64,000 bases of DNA from an uncultured Bacteroidota bacterium (GTDB taxonomy: Bacteria > CLD3 > SB21), in the NCBI GenBank assembly GCA_964415295.1, contig CAYPYN010000002.1:24485-88484 (forward strand), read 5' to 3'. Both the position numbers and the translations under genes were made by a program. A model generated the notes under the pieces. The model searched no databases, was not told the DNA's origin, and saw only the letters and a list, made by a program, of their open reading frames with translations. Shown piece by piece: positions 57,728-64,000 of this stretch; within the stretch, counting starts at the first letter, position 1; each line of letters starts with the position of its first letter.

Positions 57728-60700
57728 TCAATTCTTGTGACCGTAACCCGACAGTTCCATCAATTTATCCCGCAGTTTCGCTTTGACGGATTCCATCTGT
57801 GCGTTTTCCTGCGACCGAAGCTTTTCCTCGTATTCCGCCTTGATTTGTTCCAAAGCCGTATTCTGCTTGGCTGTCCATTCTTCGTCCAGGCGTTCTTTCA
57901 GTTTCTGCGGATACGGCGTGAGCATACCGGCGATCTCGCGGAGCGTTCTCCACGATAGATGCGCCGCTTCGGCGGCCCGCATGATTTCAGACGGAACTTC
58001 ATACTTCATTGTCCGATCCTGTTCCCCGATCCTGAGAACGCAGCACCGCTTGCCCGGACGATCATTTTCAGCAAGTGACAGATACTCGTTCATCGCCATG
58101 CCGTTTCTGTCATCGTCCGGTAATGCAGCGAAGGCATCACGGTATTCTTTCTGTTCGAACGCCCAATCGGCGAAGGTAACTATGTAATTACCGCCTGAAT
58201 AACTGACCGGCTTCGAAAAATCATCATACGATTCCGGGTTCGCGCCAAGATCCATGGACTCGGAATACAGCGGTTTCTTGTCGCTTGGTATAAAACGCAG
58301 CGCCGGGAAGGCTCGCGAACGAAGCGCCAATTGAAACATGGATGGATAATGCATGGCGATATCCGCCGGAGCATCCGGAGTCAGAACCCTGAAGAGCCCG
58401 GGATCGGCATGACGCAGGCCTTCGGTCAGCCCTTTGAAAAGATGTGCCGGATCGGCCAGCGAGGCCTGAAGGAAATAACATTTCTTAAGCGACAATATCG
58501 ATGTAGTAAGAGCCATTTGCTCTTGCCGGCTTTGGGCAGAACTCTTCACCGGATCGAACACAAATATTTTGACAGGCAGTTCCGAAGTCAGAAGTTCGAT
58601 CACCGATGGCACGTTCATTCCGGAGATCATAGCGGGATCGACAAAAAGCAGAACCGGAGGCACCATAGACTTTTCGGCCTCATTCAGATCGCTCCACGCA
58701 AGGCGCGCGATCTTAGCGTCATGCACATGCGGTTGATACTGATTTTGCGACTCGAGTTCCGCGCGGCGCAGTAATTTGATATTGTCCAACATTTGCCGCA
58801 CGTGACCTCTTACCAGGCCCAATATGAACGGCGCCGACGAAGGATCGTCCATTACGATGGCCGGTGAGGTGAATACGTTGAACGGCACCGATTTAGCCCA
58901 GTTCAATCCGTCGGAGCTGGACAGAACCGCGCCGAAACGGGATCGGCCTGTTCCTGCCGGACCTTTGGAGAGAACGAATGACAACTGCTTCAGATCTTTG
59001 ATCAGTCCGGCTACCCGTTCCACCCAGGCCGTTTCGATCACGCCGAATCGCTGGGTCTCGCTCAGTTTAGCCATGACATTATCTACAGTGACCCGTGCGG
59101 TTTCACCGGACAAACTGTTCAAAAGATTCTCGACATTGGCGATCGGCAGTGCGTCCTTCAGTTTGTTCTGGATCTTGTCGGTCAGGTTCTGAATGTATTG
59201 ATCGATCTCTTTCAATCTCTGATTGATCTCCGACTGCCGCATCGATTCCGTCACCGACGCGATCACATGCATCATGATCTTCTGCGAAACGCCGTCCTTT
59301 GAAGCGATGCCGCCGGCCATGGACATATAATAATTACGGCTCAGCATGATCGCCGCGATCGGATCATACGTGTCATCTTTGATAAGGGTTTGTATGATAT
59401 CTCCGCCGGTATCGGGCAGTTGTTCCCACACGCGGAAAGCGGATCGATGTGTATGCGATCGTTCCGCGCTTTGCGGCACCATCTCCAACGCGCCATCCGT
59501 GCATACATTGACGCACATTCCGCAGCCGGTACAGGCCTGAGGGTTGATCACGGCAGAATAAAGCAGACCGCTGCCTTTCATCTGGGACTCCGTCCGAGTG
59601 AAGAATCGATCCGTGGCCGAAACCGGCAGTTCGCGGACAAAATTTTCAACGGTCTTGATCTCTCCGGTTAAAGCCGTCAGTTTTTCGCCTTCGATCTTCA
59701 TTTGTGCAGCTAATTTTTCTGAAGAAGCCTGAAGAACGTCGGTGATCGAATATAGGTCTTTCACACCGGAAATCGCTTGGTTGATCAGTTTCGACAAATT
59801 TTTGATAACGGGCGGCGTCAGTTGATTCATGACAGTTCCCGCCGCCTGGGCCTTTTCAACCGCCGTTTTGATCATCGCTTCCGCGGAGATCACGATCGCC
59901 GGCATGGCCGATTCCGGGCAATACACGGAGCATTGTCCGCATCCGGTACACTTTTCCGGTGAGATAACGGGAATGAAAGAACGCGCCGCTCCTGCATCGG
60001 CAAAATTAGCCGTCGCCGCCGGCATGACAGGCACTGCTTGCAAAGGATCGGCCACTAATTCGCCCGTCTTCCCCTGCTCATAAAATATCCCCGTACGGTC
60101 GTAGAACTGGGAAACCTTGGAGTACGGCGGCCCGTGATCCTCATAGCGGCGCAGGGTCAGCGGTAATTCTTTGACCGCGGCCTGTTTTACAGACAACGCC
60201 GCTGATTCCAGTTTTTTTATTTCGGTCAGGCCTTTGGTAAAATGGTCTTTATTGCTATCCGATAAAACGATCCCTAATTCGTTCGTTACGAATTTTTCAA
60301 AATTCGCGGCTTCGGATTCGGCAACGGTTTCATTGAAGAACGGCGCGGTCGGCGTTAGCATAACTCCCTGCAGCCATTCGGGATCTTCAACGGCACCTAC
60401 AACGTGTTTTAAGTGCAATTTAAGTTCAGATACTTTCGATCGAACGGAATCTTCCAGTTCAATGACCTCTCCTTCATGACCGGATACGATCAAAACCGTT
60501 GCGCCGTTTTTCAAGCGGCCAAGACTGCCGGGACGATTGATAGAGACGGCATCCGTAATAAGGCAATCGATATCGTTCTCTTTTTCCAGAGTATACGGCC
60601 ACGGTTCTCGGGTTAAACTTAACTGTTTATCACCGGCCTTGACACGGGCCTTCAACCTGAATGCCAGCCATTCCGCGGCAGACTCTACAGAATCCATACT

Positions 60701-62059
60701 CTGTGGATGAGAGAAACCAATGGAAAACGTTTTATCAGAGGAGATTTCCGACTTTTCGGCGGCTTTCAACATGCGGCTTTCGAGCGCCGGGAAATCGCGA
60801 TTCAGATTTTGCAACAATATCTGCTGTTTGGGATACGAGGATGATTGGCGGGTAAGTTGCGAGCCAATAAAGAACCGCCTCTTACCTCCTTCAGCCATGT
60901 TCTCAAAAACAGAGACAAGATCGACATAATTCAGTTCTCCGTAGCGTCCGGCATATAACGTCGGCCGCTCACGTTCGCTGAGAGAAGGAAGTTCAGGATA
61001 AACCAGTGTTTTCTTATTGGAGGAATTCTGAACAGCTTTGTCCAGTGCAGACAGAACGTCCGTATACAACACGCTTTCGTTTTCAGCGCTCAGACTTTCA
61101 AGTATGGTCACGGCCTTCTTGCCGCGAAGTCGTTCACAGATCTCAGATTCAGGAAATGGCTTTGAAACATTCACATTCAAACAGCCGGCTTTGATCTTTT
61201 TTGATCTCAAATGATCCACAACCGCTGCGGCTTTTTGAAACGCGCTTCCTTGAACGATCAATATGTATTCCGCATCATTCATCTTATGTGAAGTGACGCC
61301 TGAGTAGTTTCGGCCCGTCAGTTTGCCGAATTCCGTACAAGCCTGCATCAGAATCGAGGAAGCGGAATCCCCGATGTAGATATCGTGTGCTGCCTTCTCC
61401 AGGGTCATGGCGCCGGGGTCTTTTGAAACGCCATTGATCGTCGGATAATCAAAATGGAACCAATTCGGAATGCGGCGGCGTGTCTTTCCGAAGATCATTT
61501 TTTGCGCCGTATTCGGACATTCGACGAAATCGTCAGCATCGCCCAGAAATCCGATCAGGGTTTTCGGATCAGGTATATGGACGTTTTCGAAGACGGCATT
61601 ATCGTAAGCCACTACGACGGGTATCATCGCCTGTTCGGCTGTTTTATGTGCAATAATGGTAAGATCCACAGTTTCCTGAACGCAGGACGAACGAAGAAGA
61701 ATACAGCCGGTTCCGGCAATCGCCTTCAGAAGTTCGGGATCGGAAACATCCGCATGAATAACATAAGGCACATGACGGCGAACGGCTTCCATCAAAGATG
61801 TGAGTTCACGGCCGGTATTCTTCGAATCCATTTGGCCTGAAGCCCTTAAGCCGGACATGGCCAGCCCCATGGCAAACGATGCACCGGCGTTTTGCACGCT
61901 GCTTCCGATCAGCGGCCGCCCAAAGATATTTTGACGGCTTGATGATACCGGATCCGTAAGACTTTCACTAACAGCCGATTCGATGATCCGAATCGCTTGC
62001 GATCCATTGGCTGTTATGCTTTTGCCCACGACCAGATCGCTATTTCTTTCTAACCTCAT
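57728..62059 (-). CDS. Pyruvate:ferredoxin-oxidoreductase-like giant protein with degenerate TPP-binding region
   Basis: 1443 aa; N-terminal PFOR domain I/II-like segments (RQNIFGRPL, LRSSCVQETVDLTIIAH, KLTGRNYSGV, AGRYGEL); two ferredoxin motifs (CTGCGQCSVYCP, CTGCGMCVNVCT); C-terminal about 560 aa without the PFOR C-x2-C, GDG or NTGGQ motifs. ATG overlaps rnfB stop (ATGA); stop 3 nt before rnfC ATG. Confidence 0.6.
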   Translation of the reverse strand: MRLERNSDLVVGKSITANGSQAIRIIESAVSESLTDPVSSSRQNIFGRPLIGSSVQNAGASFAMGLAMSGLRASGQMDSKNTGRELTSLMEAVRRHVPYVIHADVSDPELLKAIAGTGCILLRSSCVQETVDLTIIAHKTAEQAMIPVVVAYDNAVFENVHIPDPKTLIGFLGDADDFVECPNTAQKMIFGKTRRRIPNWFHFDYPTINGVSKDPGAMTLEKAAHDIYIGDSASSILMQACTEFGKLTGRNYSGVTSHKMNDAEYILIVQGSAFQKAAAVVDHLRSKKIKAGCLNVNVSKPFPESEICERLRGKKAVTILESLSAENESVLYTDVLSALDKAVQNSSNKKTLVYPELPSLSERERPTLYAGRYGELNYVDLVSVFENMAEGGKRRFFIGSQLTRQSSSYPKQQILLQNLNRDFPALESRMLKAAEKSEISSDKTFSIGFSHPQSMDSVESAAEWLAFRLKARVKAGDKQLSLTREPWPYTLEKENDIDCLITDAVSINRPGSLGRLKNGATVLIVSGHEGEVIELEDSVRSKVSELKLHLKHVVGAVEDPEWLQGVMLTPTAPFFNETVAESEAANFEKFVTNELGIVLSDSNKDHFTKGLTEIKKLESAALSVKQAAVKELPLTLRRYEDHGPPYSKVSQFYDRTGIFYEQGKTGELVADPLQAVPVMPAATANFADAGAARSFIPVISPEKCTGCGQCSVYCPESAMPAIVISAEAMIKTAVEKAQAAGTVMNQLTPPVIKNLSKLINQAISGVKDLYSITDVLQASSEKLAAQMKIEGEKLTALTGEIKTVENFVRELPVSATDRFFTRTESQMKGSGLLYSAVINPQACTGCGMCVNVCTDGALEMVPQSAERSHTHRSAFRVWEQLPDTGGDIIQTLIKDDTYDPIAAIMLSRNYYMSMAGGIASKDGVSQKIMMHVIASVTESMRQSEINQRLKEIDQYIQNLTDKIQNKLKDALPIANVENLLNSLSGETARVTVDNVMAKLSETQRFGVIETAWVERVAGLIKDLKQLSFVLSKGPAGTGRSRFGAVLSSSDGLNWAKSVPFNVFTSPAIVMDDPSSAPFILGLVRGHVRQMLDNIKLLRRAELESQNQYQPHVHDAKIARLAWSDLNEAEKSMVPPVLLFVDPAMISGMNVPSVIELLTSELPVKIFVFDPVKSSAQSRQEQMALTTSILSLKKCYFLQASLADPAHLFKGLTEGLRHADPGLFRVLTPDAPADIAMHYPSMFQLALRSRAFPALRFIPSDKKPLYSESMDLGANPESYDDFSKPVSYSGGNYIVTFADWAFEQKEYRDAFAALPDDDRNGMAMNEYLSLAENDRPGKRCCVLRIGEQDRTMKYEVPSEIMRAAEAAHLSWRTLREIAGMLTPYPQKLKERLDEEWTAKQNTALEQIKAEYEEKLRSQENAQMESVKAKLRDKLMELSGYGHKN

Positions 62060-62934
62060 CTTAATTCTTCCTCAGGTATGATTTCAACCCGGCCAACCGG
62101 CAATAAGGTGGTTGGTTTCTTATTGAATTGTTTTCCTTCGACCCATACGATCGCGTTCGTCGGGCAGCGCCGCGTGGCGTCGGGAGTTGCCAGTTCGTTC
62201 TTACTATAGTCAATGACCGGCAGATTGTTCTTCATTTGTATAAGTCCCGGCGCCGCATCGGATACGCAGCGGGTACACGCATTGCAGGCGACGGAACAAC
62301 GTTCCAGCGCATCGTCGCCCTCCAGAAGGGATTTGCACTGCACAATGAGCTTCTGGCTTACCGGCATGATGACAAAAAGATTCTTTGGACATATCTCGAC
62401 GCAGTCGTTGCAGCAGGTACATAATTCCGGCGTTACGACCGGCAGACCGTCCTCGTTCATCGTGATAGCTTTGAATTCGCAGACGTGTTCGCAGTCCGCA
62501 AGACCCAGGCAGCCCCAGACGCAATCTTTGGGACCGCCGGTCACCATCGCGGCGCTGCGGCAGGTTCTCTGCCCTAAGTAGTCGGCTTGATTGTGGCTTT
62601 CTTGCTTCCCGCCGGCGCATAATACCCGCGCCGTACGCTTTTCCTCATGTCCTGCGGCGACGCCGAGGAATGCGGCAATAGACTCCACTGCGGTTGGTGA
62701 ACTGACCGTACATTTTCCCGGGGCGGATTCTCCGACAACAAGGCTCTCCGCAAACGCATGACAGCCGGGCTTACCGCAGCCGCCGCAGTTCGTTCCGGGC
62801 AGCATGCCTTCCACCTGCTCAATGCGCGGATCTTCGTATACGCGGAGTTTCTTGTAGGCGACCGCAAGAAGGATCGCAAAGAATACCCCGAGTCCTACCA
62901 TGATGATGACGGCAACTATTATTTCTCCAACCAC
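62056..62934 (-). CDS. rnfB: Rnf electron-transport complex subunit B (Fe-S)
   Basis: N-terminal TM helix, LPGTNCGGCGKPGC motif and additional Cys clusters (CVWGC, CTCCNDCVEICP, CNACTRC); GTG start at 62934 (alternative ATG at 62901). Confidence 0.8.
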   Translation of the reverse strand: MVGEIIVAVIIMVGLGVFFAILLAVAYKKLRVYEDPRIEQVEGMLPGTNCGGCGKPGCHAFAESLVVGESAPGKCTVSSPTAVESIAAFLGVAAGHEEKRTARVLCAGGKQESHNQADYLGQRTCRSAAMVTGGPKDCVWGCLGLADCEHVCEFKAITMNEDGLPVVTPELCTCCNDCVEICPKNLFVIMPVSQKLIVQCKSLLEGDDALERCSVACNACTRCVSDAAPGLIQMKNNLPVIDYSKNELATPDATRRCPTNAIVWVEGKQFNKKPTTLLPVGRVEIIPEEELR

Positions 62935-62971
62935 GATCGATTCCTGACTTGAGGCCTGCAGGCCTGCAATC

Positions 62972-64000
62972 TTAGTTAAACGATGCCGCGCGTTTGATCA
63001 GATCATCCAGTCCCGCTTCTGATGAATTGAGCGGCATACCGGGATGAATACATTTGGCCGGACATTTTTCGGCGGCCTTGACCAACTGCGCATACGTACC
63101 GGCTTTGGCATCGGCTATGAATGCCTGCTTGGTCGAATTATATTTGAACATGTTCGGATTCACATTGATACACTCATTACAGCTCGTGCAGCGGAAAGAC
63201 TCCAGCCAAGGCTCGGAAGATACCACCGCTTCTTCCTGCGGTTCAGACTTCGGCGCCTCGGTCGTTGCTTCGGTCTTTTGCGTAACGGTTTCCTTCGCGA
63301 CAGCGGCCGCGGGTTTAGCGGAAGGCGTTACAGCCAGAGTATCCAGATCGAGCAGAATTCCCGAGAGCTTTTCCATGGCCTCGCGTGCGGTCGTCTTTCG
63401 GACTTCTTCCACATCCGCCGCATGTTTTTCCTCCAGAGCCTCTATTTCCTTCTTCTTTTCTTCCAGAAGATCCTGCGTGACCTTTTCAATCGCTTTTGCA
63501 ACATGATAACTGTTGATCCCTCCGAACTCCTGTATGAAATGCCAGAAATCCAGACGCTCCTGCGCCACGAGCGCCACGTAATGAGTGACCGCAACTTTGT
63601 GTAAGACGTTTTCCTTATCAACCATCCAAATAAATGGCACTTTGGCATACGCGTCGGTTGAAGGCATCTTCAGGTAATCGGCAAATAATACCAGGTCGTC
63701 CGACCAGAATTCAGAAGGAACCTCTTTAAGGTGTTCCACAAAATGCATGTCTTGTCCCGCAAAATCGGCAAAGCTAAACGGAATGGACCATGTATCTTTC
63801 TGACCTTCAGCCGATTCAATTTCAAATTCATACACCGGCCAATCCTGATCGGCCTGTGGATTCTTCTCAACATTAAAACGGCTTCCCCACTGCAAACCCT
63901 GCTTGTGATCGTAAGTGAATTCCGGGAACAACCGGCTTTCCAGCGCGGCTCCTGACCAAACGTAAGGAATGCTGTTTGAATTGTCCTTTGGCGACAGCAC
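62972..64000 (-). CDS. Hypothetical protein with C-terminal ferredoxin-like Cys motif (N-terminus beyond window)
   Basis: Frame open from the window end; C-terminus has CTSCNEC ... CPAKC (C-x2-C-x2-C ... C-P) single-cluster ferredoxin-like pattern; coiled-coil/acidic middle region; 37 bp upstream of rnfB on the same strand. Confidence 0.45.
   Translation of the reverse strand: MLSPKDNSNSIPYVWSGAALESRLFPEFTYDHKQGLQWGSRFNVEKNPQADQDWPVYEFEIESAEGQKDTWSIPFSFADFAGQDMHFVEHLKEVPSEFWSDDLVLFADYLKMPSTDAYAKVPFIWMVDKENVLHKVAVTHYVALVAQERLDFWHFIQEFGGINSYHVAKAIEKVTQDLLEEKKKEIEALEEKHAADVEEVRKTTAREAMEKLSGILLDLDTLAVTPSAKPAAAVAKETVTQKTEATTEAPKSEPQEEAVVSSEPWLESFRCTSCNECINVNPNMFKYNSTKQAFIADAKAGTYAQLVKAAEKCPAKCIHPGMPLNSSEAGLDDLIKRAASFN

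Noticed and set aside
1-64000. Mobile elements, prophage, integrons, rRNA
   Set aside because: No transposase, integrase, recombinase, phage structural or rRNA-like sequences were seen in any frame; the only repeat-like features are the short palindromic hairpins and the DUF2911 paralog array.

Overview
This 64 kb window reads as chromosomal DNA from a bacterium, probably an FCB-group (Bacteroidota/Ignavibacteriota-like) lineage; that placement is an inference from the gene content (bacterial S1, IF-3, L20/L35, TonB-type outer-membrane receptor, FISUMP and DUF2911 families, archaeal-type ProRS). I call about 58 protein-coding genes, one tRNA-Arg(CCG), seven rho-independent terminators, two loci of a short G5/C5 palindromic repeat and one probable gene fragment. 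I found no rRNA, CRISPR array, transposase, integrase or phage genes. All annotations come from reading the six-frame translations and the DNA by eye; no database search or folding was run, so family names are from remembered motifs. Identifiable blocks: rpsA-rnhB; proS with tRNA-Arg; a lipid kinase / histidine kinase / response-regulator-HD-GYP operon; the thrS-infC-rpmI-rplT-pheS translation operon; rsgA; three tandem DUF2911 paralogs; a NaChBac-type voltage-gated channel; and TspO. Most interesting: (1) an Rnf operon (rnfB ... rnfCDGEA, NqrM-like protein, apbE) with a 1443-aa pyruvate:ferredoxin-oxidoreductase-like gene inserted between rnfB and rnfC. That protein keeps the PFOR N-terminal domains and both ferredoxin motifs but appears to lack the TPP-binding motifs, so it may be an electron-transfer pseudo-enzyme. 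(2) An adjacent pair of archaeal-type tRNA-dependent amidotransferase genes (gatD and gatE) in a bacterial context, separated by a 560-bp structured spacer. (3) A cyclic-nucleotide-binding domain fused to a CaCA-type cation exchanger. (4) A soluble histidine kinase with an 8-cysteine N-terminal module.
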